DNA from: Bacillota bacterium
GTDB taxonomy: Bacteria; Bacillota; Clostridia; Christensenellales; CAG-138
Assembly: GCA_023459335.1 (NCBI GenBank)
Contig: JAEWUO010000036.1
Span: 18,866 to 82,865 of the forward strand
Direction of reading: 5' to 3'
DNA: 64,000 nucleotides
Shown here: positions 48,292-58,005 of the stretch, one piece after another
Numbering within the stretch: the stretch's first letter is position 1
Layout: every line of letters begins with the position of its first letter
Notes under the pieces: model-generated
What the model was told of the DNA's origin: nothing
Databases searched by the model: none
The model's input: the letters and a program-made list of their open reading frames with translations, nothing else
Made by a program: the position numbers and the translations under genes

Positions 48292-48651
48292 ATGTCGAAC
48301 ATCATTCAGGAACTCGAAAAAGAGCAGCTCCGCACCGATCTTCCGGAGCTTGAGGTCGGCGACGCCGTCCGCGTATTTGTGAAGGTTATCGAAGGCAACC
48401 GCGAGCGTCTCCAGAACTTTGAAGGCGTCGTGATCAAGATTCAGGGCGGCGGTGTGCGCAAGAGCTTTACCGTCCGCCGCATTTCCTACGGCGTAGGCGT
48501 GGAAAGAACTTTCCCGTACAACAGCCCGCGCATCGGACGTATCGAACTCGTCCGCCATGGCGTTGTCCGCCGCGCAAAGCTCTTCTATCTGCGCGACCTC
48601 TCCGGTAAAGCCGCAAAGATTCGCGAGCGCATCGAAGAGAAGAACAGCTGA
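48292..48651 (+). CDS. rplS: 50S ribosomal protein L19
   Basis: [37 protein letters not shown]... Confidence 0.95.
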   Translation: MSNIIQELEKEQLRTDLPELEVGDAVRVFVKVIEGNRERLQNFEGVVIKIQGGGVRKSFTVRRISYGVGVERTFPYNSPRIGRIELVRHGVVRRAKLFYLRDLSGKAAKIRERIEEKNS

Positions 48652-48671
48652 TCGAAACAAAACAGGGATCC

Positions 48672-48704
48672 AACCCCTCTGCCCGATACGGCACCGGGGT
48701 TTTT
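48672..48704 (+). terminator. Terminator after rplS
   Basis: AACCCC..TGCC-CGATAC-GGCA..GGGGTT followed by TTT. Confidence 0.55.
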
Positions 48705-48725
48705 CCTTATTTGGAGGGATGAAAA

Positions 48726-49580
48726 ATGCCTGCCATCAACTGGTATCCGGGGCACATGGCAAAAACGCGCCGTATGCTGCAGGAGAACCTGAAAATGATC
48801 GACGTGGTGGTCGAAATCCTTGACGCGCGCGCGCCGCTTGCTTCCCGCAACCCGGATTTCGACGATCTCTTTTCCGGCAAGGCGCGGGTCGTGCTGCTCA
48901 ATAAGAGCGACCTCGCGGATTCCAACACGACGAAGCGGTGGATTGCATATTACGCGAAAAAGGGCGTCGAAGCGGCGGGCGTTTCCGCAACCGGCGGATC
49001 GGCGAAAAAAACCGCGGTCGGCTTGATCGAAAAAGCCGCAAAACCCCGTGTAGACGCGATGAAGCTCAAAGGTGCGAATAAGACCGTCCGCTGCATGATC
49101 GCCGGCATCCCAAACGTCGGGAAGTCCACGCTTATCAACCGCATCGCCGGGCAGAGCCGAGCGGAAGTCGGCGATAAACCGGGTGTCACGCGCGGCAAGC
49201 AATGGGTAAAGATCACGCCATATCTGGAACTTATGGATACGCCCGGCATGCTCTGGCCAAAGCTGGAAGATCAGGCGCTGGCGAAGCACCTTGCCTTTTT
49301 AGGTTCGATCCGGGATGAAATCATGGATTCTGAAGAACTCGCGCTCGACCTGCTCGCGCTGTTGCAGGCGACGATGCCTTCGCAGCTGACCGACCGGTAC
49401 GGCAAGCTCGCGGCGGATACACCGAAAGCGGAACTGCTGGAGGCGGTCTGCCGCAGCCGTGGTTTTCTGCTGCGCGGCGGCGAACTGGATACAGAGCGCG
49501 CCTCGCATGTGGTTCTGGACGAATTCCGCGCGGGTAAAATCGCGCGCATCACGCTGGAACTGCCGGAGACGGACGCATGA
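48726..49580 (+). CDS. rbgA: Ribosome biogenesis GTPase A (YlqF/RbgA)
   Basis: Circularly permuted GTPase: WYPGHMAK, LLNKSDL and GIPNVGKSTLIN. Confidence 0.9.
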   Translation: MPAINWYPGHMAKTRRMLQENLKMIDVVVEILDARAPLASRNPDFDDLFSGKARVVLLNKSDLADSNTTKRWIAYYAKKGVEAAGVSATGGSAKKTAVGLIEKAAKPRVDAMKLKGANKTVRCMIAGIPNVGKSTLINRIAGQSRAEVGDKPGVTRGKQWVKITPYLELMDTPGMLWPKLEDQALAKHLAFLGSIRDEIMDSEELALDLLALLQATMPSQLTDRYGKLAADTPKAELLEAVCRSRGFLLRGGELDTERASHVVLDEFRAGKIARITLELPETDA

Positions 49581-50203
49581 GCCGGGTGCCGGAGTGCGAG
49601 CGGCTGGACAGGCTCTGCGAACCCGACCGCGCTTTCTGGGGACGGGATGGAATCATGCTCGCGGGCATGGACGAAGTCGGCCGGGGTCCGCTCGCGGGGC
49701 CGGTGGTCGCCTGCTGCGCCGCCATGCCGGAAACGCCGCTGATCGAGCACGTGAACGATTCGAAAAAAGTGACCGGAAAGCGCAGGGAAGCGTTGTACCC
49801 CGTACTGGCAGATACCGCGCGGGGGTTTTCGCTCGGTTGGGTAGGACCGGATATGATCGACGAGATGAACATATTGCAAGCGACAAAACTCGCCTTTCAG
49901 AAAGCATTTGAAGCTATGCCCATCCCGGTGACGGACGTGCTCGTCGATGCACTGCAAAACTTAAGAATCTCCGCGCGCCAGCATCCGATCGTTCACGGCG
50001 ACGCGCTGAGTTACAGCATCGCCTGCGCGTCCATCCTAGCGAAAGTCGAGCGGGACCGGTACATGATAAAGCAGGACGCGCTGTATCCCCAGTACGGCTT
50101 TGCGAAGAACAAGGGCTACGGAACCGCGGAGCATATAGCCGCGCTGAAGAAATACGGGCCGTGCCCGATCCACCGCAGAAGCTTCATCGGGAGTTTTTTA
50201 TGA
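49577..50203 (+). CDS. rnhB: Ribonuclease HII
   Basis: AGMDEVGRGPLAGPVV and DSKK motifs. The ATGA overlaps the rbgA stop. Confidence 0.9.
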   Translation: MSRVPECERLDRLCEPDRAFWGRDGIMLAGMDEVGRGPLAGPVVACCAAMPETPLIEHVNDSKKVTGKRREALYPVLADTARGFSLGWVGPDMIDEMNILQATKLAFQKAFEAMPIPVTDVLVDALQNLRISARQHPIVHGDALSYSIACASILAKVERDRYMIKQDALYPQYGFAKNKGYGTAEHIAALKKYGPCPIHRRSFIGSFL

Positions 50204-50556
50204 GCACAACCTCGATCGGCAGAGACGCGGAGGCGCTCGCAAAAGCGTTTCTGGAACAGAAGGGATATCTTTCGCTCTGCCAGAACTACCGAAGCGGACC
50301 CCGCGAGATCGATCTGATCATGCGCGACGGGGATACCGTCGTATTTATCGAGGTCAAGGCGCGCTCCCGCACGTACTATGGCACGCCCGCTGAATTTGTT
50401 ACGCCCGCGAAACGAAAGCTGCTCACACTCGCCGCGCAGGCGTACTTAATGGAAGAGAACCTGCTTGATTCTTCCGCGCGGTTCGACGTGGTCGAAGTAT
50501 ATCTCGGCGGCGGGCGCGTCAACCACATTGAGAACGCGTTTGATGCGGCGGAATAG
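50200..50556 (+). CDS. yraN: YraN-family (UPF0102) endonuclease-like protein
   Basis: GRDAEALAKAFLEQKGY...EIDLIMRDGDTVVFIEVKAR. ATG 50200 overlaps the rnhB stop. Confidence 0.8.
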   Translation: MSTTSIGRDAEALAKAFLEQKGYLSLCQNYRSGPREIDLIMRDGDTVVFIEVKARSRTYYGTPAEFVTPAKRKLLTLAAQAYLMEENLLDSSARFDVVEVYLGGGRVNHIENAFDAAE

Positions 50557-50610
50557 GATTCGTATGTTTTCCTGACACAAAAATATCAAGTTCAGGCCGC
50601 ATCTGCGCGA

Positions 50611-50638
50611 TTGAGCTTTTTTTCGTTTATGGTATACT
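50611..50638 (+). promoter_or_regulatory. Candidate promoter TTGAGC-16-(TGg)TATACT for the GT-C fusion gene
   Basis: Hexamers at 50611-50616 and 50633-50638. The ORF-track TTG start coincides with the -35. Confidence 0.4.
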
Positions 50639-50697
50639 GTGTTGGAATTGACTGTGATTGCTTTATAGATAAACTCTTTTTAAAGAAAGGCTTCGCT

Positions 50698-53600
50698 GTG
50701 CGAAAACGATTCATCGTCCTGCTGCTGATCTGCCTGCTGTGCGTTCCCGCTCTGGCGCTTGCCGAAAGCGGAGACGAACTGGCCGGCAGCGAACTGATCT
50801 ACAACGGCGATTTCGCCATTTTCGCCGAAACCGCTGAGCTCCCCGCGGGATGGGAACTCAACGCCTATCAAAACGATGCGTCCAGCGTCAGCGCGACGCT
50901 CTCGGAGGACGAGGACGGCGGAAAAACGATCCTGCTGACCAATCAGGTTGCCAACGACTCGCGGCTGATCCAGCAGGTGCCCGTGCAGCCGAACACCGTG
51001 TACCGGCTCAGCGCGCAGATCCGGACAATCGACGTGCAGAACGGCACAGGCGCAAATCTGTCCATCGATAATTTTCCGATCGACGGAACATATTGCTACT
51101 CTGAGAATCTATTCGGTTCTGAAACATGGAGAACGGTCTCGCTCTATTTCCGCACGGGCGAAGAGCAGACGGCGGTCAACGTTGCGCTGCGTCTCGGCGG
51201 CTACGGCACAACGGCGGTCGGCACGGCGGAGTATCGCGGCGTATCGCTGTTTGCGTGCGCTTCCACAGACGCGGCGGTCGTCGATCTTGCGACTGAAAAC
51301 GGGACGGTTTCCAGCGTCTCTTCTTCGGCCGAAACGGAACAGGCCACCGTGAACGACCCGCTGTATCTCGCCGTCGCGTTTACCATTGTATTTGCCGCGG
51401 CATTTATCTGGATCTATCGAAACGAGTTTCAGTACGAGTCCAATATGATTCAGCCTGTCGGCAAACCGCGGCTCGCGCTGATGATCATCCTGCTCGGTGC
51501 GTTCGTGGCCCGCGTCGCGCTGTCCATCGCATTTTTCGGCCACCCGACGGATATCAACTGCTTCATGGCCTGGGGCAACATGGTACTCGACGGCACGCGC
51601 AACTTCTACACTTCCGGCGCGTTTGCGGATTATCCGCCGGGATATATGTACGTCTGCGGCGCGCTCTCCGGTCTCTGCCGTCTGTTGGACATCCCATACG
51701 GTTCGGACGGGATGGCGCTGCTCTTCAAAATGCCGTCCACGTTTGCGGATCTGGCGACGGCGTATCTGCTCTACCGGCTGGCGAAAAAGAACGGCCTTGG
51801 GGAGAAGGGCGCGCTTTTCGTCGCGGGCGCGTTTGCGTTCTGCCCGCCTCTGATGTTCGTTTCCGGCGCATGGGGACAGATCGACTCGCTCCTCGCGCTG
51901 ATGATCGTCGCGGTGTTCTATCTGCTGAAGAAGGATAAACGCATCCTCGCCGGCGCGATCTACGGGCTCGCGATCCTGACGAAACCGCAGGCGCTGATGC
52001 TCGGCCCCGTACTCGCCGTGGCGTATATCGCGGATATTGTCGACGCGAAAGGCCGCCGGCTTTCTCGCTCGGCCGACACGCTGCTTGCGGTAATCGCTTC
52101 GCTTGTTGTGCTGCAGCTGCTTTCGCTGCCGTTTCAGGGTACGCAGCCCTGGAACTGGCTGATTCGGAAATACGCGGAAACCGCCGGATCCTATCATTAC
52201 GCGTCGATCGAGGCGTTCAACTTCGCTTCGCTGCTCGGCTGGAACTGGAAATCCGCGGACGTACTGATCCTCGGTATTCCGTACCATCTCTTCGGCACGA
52301 TCATGATCGGCCTGTCCGTCGTTTTTTCCTCCGCGCTGTACCTGCTCGGCAGAAAGCGGAGTCCCGGCGCGCTGTATCTTTCCGGCGCGATTGCGGTGAT
52401 CCTGATCTTTACGTTCGGGCACTATATGCACGAGCGCTACATGCTTCCCGCGCTTTTGCTGCTGCTCATCGCTTACTTGTATTACCGGGACAGGCGGCTC
52501 CTTCTCGCGCTTGGAGGTATTTTTACAACCGCGTTTCTCAACGCGGCGTGCGCGTTCTATGTGGTCAACCATCAGGCGGCGCGCGGCCCGGTATATGAAA
52601 TGATCACATTCTTCGGATCGCTCCTGACCGTCGCGTTCGCGGTCTGGCTGGCTTATCTCGCGACACAGATTCTGGCGTTCGGACGAATACCCGAACCGAT
52701 CCGGAAAGCGGAAGTAAAACAGAAACGACTTCCGCGCCGTGTCTCGATTCTGCCCAAGCTGCCGACGGACAATAAACTGCACTATACCAAACGGGATATC
52801 TTGTATGTTCTTGCCATAACGCTCGTCTACGGCGTCGTCGCGCTTACAAACCTCGGTTCGACGAGTGCGCCGCAAACCTGCTGGTCTACGGCTCAGGCGG
52901 GCGAAAGCGTCACGGTCAGATTCGGCAAGGTGGAACACGTATCCGCCTACAGCGTATTCGGCAATATCGATAACGGCGGCACGCTCCTTCTGGAAACGCC
53001 GGACGGATATACGGAAACGTTCGACCAGACCTATGACGACATGTTCCGCTGGAAAAAGGTGACGACGGATTTCGTGACGGACACCGTAACGCTCTCGCTC
53101 TACTCCGGCACGCTCAAGCTGAACGAAATCGCGTTTTACGACCTTGCGGGAAATCTGATCCCGGTGCGAGCCGTCAATTCCACGGGGACGCAAGGCAATC
53201 TGATCGACGAGCAGAACACTGTCGCCGAACCGAGCTATTTTACAGGCATGTATTTCGACGAGCTCTACCACGGGCGCACGGCGTATGAAAACCTGCATAA
53301 CCTCACGCCATATGAAAACTCGCACCCGCCGTTGGGCAAGCTGTTCATCATGCTCGGCGTCTGGGCGTTCGGCATGACGCCCTTTGGCTGGCGCATCGTC
53401 GGCGCGCTGTTTGGCGTGGGTATGCTGCCGGTTCTTTATGCTTTCGGCAAGCGAATCTTCAAGGACTCCAATTACGCGCTTGTGCTGACGACGCTGTTTG
53501 CATTCGATTTCATGCACTTCACGCAGACGCGCATCGCGACCATCGACGTTTATTCGGTTTTCTTCATCCTGCTGATGTACTATTACATGTATCAGTACAT

Positions 53601-54519
53601 TATGATGAACTTCTTTACGGACGGGCTGAAGAAAACGCTCAAACCGCTCGCGCTCTCTGGATTGTTCTTCGGCGTCGGCGCGGCCTGCAAGTGGACGAGC
53701 ATCTATGCCGGCGCAGGGCTCGCGGTGCTCCTGTTCGGCTCGCTGATCGCGCGGTATCTGGATTACTCGCAGGCCAACGCGCGCGACAACGACGCGGATA
53801 AAGCGCAAGTAAAAGATTTCTGGGAGCTCGCGGGGAAAACGCTCGCCTGGTGCGTGCTGTTCTTCATCGTGATACCGTGCGCGATCTATTTCGCGTCCTA
53901 CACGCCGTATTATATTTACGAAGCGGGGCAGAATCCGGGATACGGGGTGTCCGGCATGAAGGATACGTTCGTGAAGTATCAGGTGTTCATGTATAACTAC
54001 CACTCGAATCTCAAGGCGACGCATCCGTATCAGTCGAGCTGGTACTCCTGGCCGTTTACGGTAAAGCCGATGTGGTATTATTACAACTCCTATATCGCGC
54101 CGGAGAAGGTTTCCACGCTCAGCGCTTCCGGCAATCCCGCCGTCTGGTGGGTCAGTTCGCTCGGCGCCGCAGCGCTCCTCTGGGCGCGTCTGAGCAGGCG
54201 GATCGCGCCCGACCGTGCGATGCAGGTGTTTACCGTCGGCGTTCTGGCGAACTATTTGCCGTGGGTTCTGGTGACGCGCTGCACGTTTATCTATCATTTC
54301 TTCGCGACGGTGCCGTTTATCCTGATGGCGACAGTATACGGACTGCAGAAACTGGAGCGGAAGTACCGCGACCTAAACTTCGTCAAGTGGGCCTGGGTCG
54401 GGTTTGCGGTCCTGTTCTTCATCCTGCTGTATCCGGGGCTTTCGGGTCTGCCGGTGCCCAGCGGCTGGGCGTCGTTTATTGCAAAATTACCGGGAGGGAA
54501 GCTGATGTATGGAGCGTAA
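50698..54519 (+). CDS. Large membrane protein fusing two GT-C glycosyltransferase modules (ALG6/ALG8-like and PMT/GT39-like) with two beta-sandwich-like domains
   Basis: GTG 50698 (GAAAGG 7 nt upstream) gives signal-like MRKRFIVLLLICLLCVPALALA. First module: DYPPGYMY (51628-51651) and HYMHERY (52420-52440). Second module: YFDELYHGRT (53251-53280) and HPPLGK (53323-53340). More than 20 predicted TM helices. Confidence 0.8.
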   Translation: MRKRFIVLLLICLLCVPALALAESGDELAGSELIYNGDFAIFAETAELPAGWELNAYQNDASSVSATLSEDEDGGKTILLTNQVANDSRLIQQVPVQPNTVYRLSAQIRTIDVQNGTGANLSIDNFPIDGTYCYSENLFGSETWRTVSLYFRTGEEQTAVNVALRLGGYGTTAVGTAEYRGVSLFACASTDAAVVDLATENGTVSSVSSSAETEQATVNDPLYLAVAFTIVFAAAFIWIYRNEFQYESNMIQPVGKPRLALMIILLGAFVARVALSIAFFGHPTDINCFMAWGNMVLDGTRNFYTSGAFADYPPGYMYVCGALSGLCRLLDIPYGSDGMALLFKMPSTFADLATAYLLYRLAKKNGLGEKGALFVAGAFAFCPPLMFVSGAWGQIDSLLALMIVAVFYLLKKDKRILAGAIYGLAILTKPQALMLGPVLAVAYIADIVDAKGRRLSRSADTLLAVIASLVVLQLLSLPFQGTQPWNWLIRKYAETAGSYHYASIEAFNFASLLGWNWKSADVLILGIPYHLFGTIMIGLSVVFSSALYLLGRKRSPGALYLSGAIAVILIFTFGHYMHERYMLPALLLLLIAYLYYRDRRLLLALGGIFTTAFLNAACAFYVVNHQAARGPVYEMITFFGSLLTVAFAVWLAYLATQILAFGRIPEPIRKAEVKQKRLPRRVSILPKLPTDNKLHYTKRDILYVLAITLVYGVVALTNLGSTSAPQTCWSTAQAGESVTVRFGKVEHVSAYSVFGNIDNGGTLLLETPDGYTETFDQTYDDMFRWKKVTTDFVTDTVTLSLYSGTLKLNEIAFYDLAGNLIPVRAVNSTGTQGNLIDEQNTVAEPSYFTGMYFDELYHGRTAYENLHNLTPYENSHPPLGKLFIMLGVWAFGMTPFGWRIVGALFGVGMLPVLYAFGKRIFKDSNYALVLTTLFAFDFMHFTQTRIATIDVYSVFFILLMYYYMYQYIMMNFFTDGLKKTLKPLALSGLFFGVGAACKWTSIYAGAGLAVLLFGSLIARYLDYSQANARDNDADKAQVKDFWELAGKTLAWCVLFFIVIPCAIYFASYTPYYIYEAGQNPGYGVSGMKDTFVKYQVFMYNYHSNLKATHPYQSSWYSWPFTVKPMWYYYNSYIAPEKVSTLSASGNPAVWWVSSLGAAALLWARLSRRIAPDRAMQVFTVGVLANYLPWVLVTRCTFIYHFFATVPFILMATVYGLQKLERKYRDLNFVKWAWVGFAVLFFILLYPGLSGLPVPSGWASFIAKLPGGKLMYGA

Positions 54520-55006
54520 CGGAGAGGCGAAAAAGACGATCTGGCAGATGGTAAAGTTCATCATCGTGGGCGTTTTAAACACGCTGGTGGATTTTGCGGT
54601 GTTCCAGACGCTTAATCTGCTTTTGGGCTGGGTGTATGCCGCGCAGGTGCTGGGTTATACGTGCGGCGTGGTCAACAGCTATCTGTGGAACAGCAACTGG
54701 ACGTTTCGCGAACAGAGAACGCGCTCGTTTCGCGAGATTGCGCTGTTTCTGGTGGTCAACCTCGCGTCGCTGGGGGTTTCCCTCGGCATGATCTGGCTCT
54801 GCCGAGAGGTGTTCGGCGTCACCAACGAATGGGTCGCGGGCTGGATGCCGGCGTTCCTGGCGGGATTTATCAAGGGTGACACCGTAGCGAAACTCATCGC
54901 GACCGCTGTGGCGATCATGGTGAATTATCTGGGGAACCGGCTGTTCGTATTCAACCAAAAAGCCGGTTTGCAGGGTAAATCGCAGGACGCGCAAAAAACA
55001 ATATAA
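54509..55006 (+). CDS. GtrA-family membrane protein (polyprenyl-phosphate-sugar handling)
   Basis: 165 aa, 4 TM helices, with KFIIVGVLNTLVDFAVFQ. Overlaps the upstream gene by 11 nt. Confidence 0.8.
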   Translation: MERNGEAKKTIWQMVKFIIVGVLNTLVDFAVFQTLNLLLGWVYAAQVLGYTCGVVNSYLWNSNWTFREQRTRSFREIALFLVVNLASLGVSLGMIWLCREVFGVTNEWVAGWMPAFLAGFIKGDTVAKLIATAVAIMVNYLGNRLFVFNQKAGLQGKSQDAQKTI

Positions 55007-55027
55007 ACAATTGATGTTTTTAAAAAG

Positions 55028-55051
55028 AAACGCCGCACACACGGCGTTTTT
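55028..55051 (+). terminator. Rho-independent terminator after gtrA
   Basis: AAACGCCG-CACACA-CGGCGTTT followed by TT. Confidence 0.7.
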
Positions 55052-55111
55052 CGTGTATACTGGAACCAGTCGTGCGGCGCACGAAATAACGGGAAGGAAA
55101 TAAAAAGACGC

Positions 55112-56638
55112 ATGCTGTCGCGCATTAAGAGTCATGGATTGAACGGAATCGGCGGCTTTTCCGTACAGGTGGAGACGGACATCGCCAACGGACTGCCCGC
55201 GTTTGAAATCGTAGGGCTGCCGGATCCGGCGGTCAAGGAATCGCGCGAGCGCGTCCGCGCCGCGATCAAGAACGCCGGTTACGTCTTTCCCGCCGCGCGC
55301 ATCACGGTCAATCTCGCTCCCGCGGACATGCGCAAGGAAGGCGCCGTTTACGATCTGCCCGTCGCGCTCTCGATCCTCGCGGCGAGCGGCCAGCTGGGGC
55401 CGCATCCCGATACGGAATTCGTCACGTTCGGCGAACTGGGGCTGGACGGCGGCGTCCGCGCCATCGCGGGCGTACTGCCGATGGTGATCGACGGGTTTTC
55501 CAAGGGAGAGACAGTGTTTGCCGTGCCGGAGGGCAACGCGGAGGAAGCGGCGTATGTCGAGGGAGTCGCCATCCTGTCCGTTTCCACGCTCGCACAGTTG
55601 TGCGGGCATGTGCGCGGCGATCAGATGATTACACCGCATCCCACCGAACGCTGGCAGGGAAGCGAGATCCGCTACGCGACTGACTTTTCCGAAATCAAGG
55701 GGCAGCAGGGGGCGAAACGCGCCGCCGAGATCGCCATTGCGGGCGGGCATAATATCCTGCTGATCGGTACGCCCGGCGCGGGCAAAACCATGCTCGCGCG
55801 CGCGATCCCTTCCATCCTGCCGCAGCTGACCTACGAAGAATCGCTTGAAATCACGAAGATACACTCGATCACAGGCGCCACGAAAGGCCGCGGCATGATC
55901 CGCGAGCGCCCGTTTCGCGCGCCGCACCACGGCGCGTCCGGCGCGGCGCTCGTCGGCGGCGGAAACCGCGCCATGCCGGGGGAGATCAGCCTCGCGCACT
56001 ACGGCGTGCTCTTTCTGGACGAGCTGCCGGAATTCAGGCACGACGTGCTGGAGGCGCTCAGGCAGCCGCTGGAGGACGGGTTTATCACCGTCAGCCGCGC
56101 CGCCGCGACGGCGACGTATCCGGCGGAGTTCGTGCTCGTCGCCGCGATGAATCCGTGCCCCTGCGGAAATCATGGCTCGCGCGTGCATCCCTGCCGCTGC
56201 GCAAAGAGCCAGATTGAACGTTACCGCGGACGCATCTCGGGACCTCTGATGGACCGCATCGACATCCAGATCGAGATGCCGGAGGTCGGTTTTACCGAGC
56301 TCTCCGAAAAGGCGGCGGGGGAACCTTCCTCCGTGATCCGCGCGCGCGTGGAAGCCGCGCGGGAGCGGCAGAGAAAGCGCTTTGCAGGCGACGGCATCCT
56401 CCTGAACGCGCAGATGAACGCGCGGCTCATCAAGCAGTACTGCGCGCCGGACGAAGCGTCCGAAAAGCTGCTCGCGCGCGCTTATGCGGAGCTCAAGCTT
56501 TCCGCGCGCGCCTACCAGCGTATTCTGAAAGTTGCGCGTACGATTGCAGACGTAGAGGGAGCGGAGCGAATCGAACTGCCGCATTACGCGGAGGCGATCC
56601 AGTACCGAAGCCTAGACCAGTCCGGAAGGGAAGCGTAA
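55112..56638 (+). CDS. comM: YifB/ComM-family Mg-chelatase-like AAA+ ATPase
   Basis: N-terminal Lon-protease-like domain. GTPGAGKTMLA Walker A, LFLDELPEF Walker B and CPCG zinc motif. Confidence 0.9.
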   Translation: MLSRIKSHGLNGIGGFSVQVETDIANGLPAFEIVGLPDPAVKESRERVRAAIKNAGYVFPAARITVNLAPADMRKEGAVYDLPVALSILAASGQLGPHPDTEFVTFGELGLDGGVRAIAGVLPMVIDGFSKGETVFAVPEGNAEEAAYVEGVAILSVSTLAQLCGHVRGDQMITPHPTERWQGSEIRYATDFSEIKGQQGAKRAAEIAIAGGHNILLIGTPGAGKTMLARAIPSILPQLTYEESLEITKIHSITGATKGRGMIRERPFRAPHHGASGAALVGGGNRAMPGEISLAHYGVLFLDELPEFRHDVLEALRQPLEDGFITVSRAAATATYPAEFVLVAAMNPCPCGNHGSRVHPCRCAKSQIERYRGRISGPLMDRIDIQIEMPEVGFTELSEKAAGEPSSVIRARVEAARERQRKRFAGDGILLNAQMNARLIKQYCAPDEASEKLLARAYAELKLSARAYQRILKVARTIADVEGAERIELPHYAEAIQYRSLDQSGREA

Positions 56639-56642
56639 AGCC

Positions 56643-57791
56643 ATGGTGCGGGAAGCGGCGGAGGAAGAGCGCGCACGGATCTGGCTGAACTACGCGACGG
56701 AGTACAATTCAAGATTGTTCTACAGGATTGCGCGGCAGTTCGCTTCGCTGACAGAGGCGTACGCCGCGTATTCCGCAAAGAAAGAGATGTTTTCCGCGCT
56801 GAACGAGCGAGTCTTGGCACGCCTTTCGGAAGCGCATTCGTCTGTGTTTATCGACGGAGTTTTCGAGAATCTTGAGAAAAAGAGGATTCGGTTCACTTAT
56901 CCGGGGGACGGGAGATATCCGAAACTGCTCGCGGAGATACCCGACCCGCCGAGCGTGCTGTACTACATCGGCAGGGTTGAACCGGATCCCGATCTTTCGA
57001 TTGCGGTGGTAGGCTCTCGCCATCCCACGAAATATGGAATCGAGGTTGCAAAGCGGTTCGGGTACGAACTCGCGTCCGCCGGCGCGCTCGTCGTTTCCGG
57101 CATGGCGGAGGGCATCGACGCTTGCGCGGCGCGCGGCGCGCTGGACGTAAAAACCGCAGTGTGCACGACATTGGCGGTGCTTGGCTGCGGCGTGGACGTT
57201 GTTTACCCGCAGACGAATGAGAAGCTCTATGGGGAGATTATCGAACGCGGCGCGGTGGTTTCGGAGTTCTTACCCGGCACGCGCGTGGAACGGTACCATT
57301 TTCCGATTCGCAACCGCGTGATGAGCGGACTCGCGCACGGCACGCTCGTCGTCGAAGCGGGGGAGCGCAGCGGCACTTCCATCACCGCGGGCTACGCGCA
57401 CGACCAGGGCCGTGAGGTGTTCGCCGTTCCCGGGCGCATCGGGGACGAGATGAGCGCCGGACCAAACGGCATGATCGCGCGCGGGGAAGCGAAGCCGGTT
57501 TTTTCGCCGGAGGAAGTTTTGTCCGAATTTTCTTTTCTGCATGTTCCCGCCGAAACGCGCGCGGAGGCGAATATCGTATTGCTTTCGACGCTCGGCGAGG
57601 ATCAACGCGCCATCTGCCGCCTGCTCAAAAGCGGGGAGATGAGTTTTGACGAGCTCTGCGAATCCCTCGCGCTGCCGGTGGGTACCATGAACGCCTGCCT
57701 GACCGAGTTGCAGTTCTCCGGCGTCGTGCTCGCGCTGCCCGGCAGGCGGTATGCGATCGACACGGAAAAAACGAAAATAAAAGATATATAA
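56643..57791 (+). CDS. dprA: DNA processing protein DprA (Smf)
   Basis: AVVGSRHPTKYG, SGMAEGIDA and SGTSITAGYAHDQGREVFAVPG motifs. Confidence 0.9.
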   Translation: MVREAAEEERARIWLNYATEYNSRLFYRIARQFASLTEAYAAYSAKKEMFSALNERVLARLSEAHSSVFIDGVFENLEKKRIRFTYPGDGRYPKLLAEIPDPPSVLYYIGRVEPDPDLSIAVVGSRHPTKYGIEVAKRFGYELASAGALVVSGMAEGIDACAARGALDVKTAVCTTLAVLGCGVDVVYPQTNEKLYGEIIERGAVVSEFLPGTRVERYHFPIRNRVMSGLAHGTLVVEAGERSGTSITAGYAHDQGREVFAVPGRIGDEMSAGPNGMIARGEAKPVFSPEEVLSEFSFLHVPAETRAEANIVLLSTLGEDQRAICRLLKSGEMSFDELCESLALPVGTMNACLTELQFSGVVLALPGRRYAIDTEKTKIKDI

Positions 57792-57793
57792 AT

Positions 57794-57844
57794 AGTAAAC
57801 AGACAATTTATATTCTTCGTCAAAACAATTAATAACTGTTTACT
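57794..57844. repeat. 9-bp perfect inverted repeat AGTAAACAG / CTGTTTACT
   Basis: Arms at 57794-57802 and 57836-57844, in the AT-rich dprA-topA spacer. Confidence 0.8.
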
Positions 57845-57939
57845 GCAATAAGCATATCCGACGCAACGCTACATCGCTCATATAAACGGAAAGAAAGCGA
57901 TATGGAACGTAAATCGAAGTCTTCCGACGAAGAATATAA
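57808..57939. repeat. 14-bp perfect inverted repeat TTATATTCTTCGTC / GACGAAGAATATAA
   Basis: Arms at 57808-57821 and 57926-57939. Interleaved with the 9-bp repeat. Confidence 0.8.
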
Positions 57940-58005
57940 TATGTAGAATTTTTTCTGATACGCTTTTTTTTGTTTACGAAAAACTGCCCTGCTGACATTG
58001 GAACA

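Noticed and set aside
51109-54297. 1062-aa minus-strand ORF.
   Set aside because: It is antisense to the GT-C fusion gene. The product is Arg-rich with no TM or domain logic, while the plus-strand product has coherent TM helices and GT-C motifs.
54575-56584. 669-aa minus-strand ORF.
   Set aside because: It is antisense to gtrA and comM. The comM frame carries Walker A/B and Mg-chelatase-like motifs, so this is a high-GC artefact.
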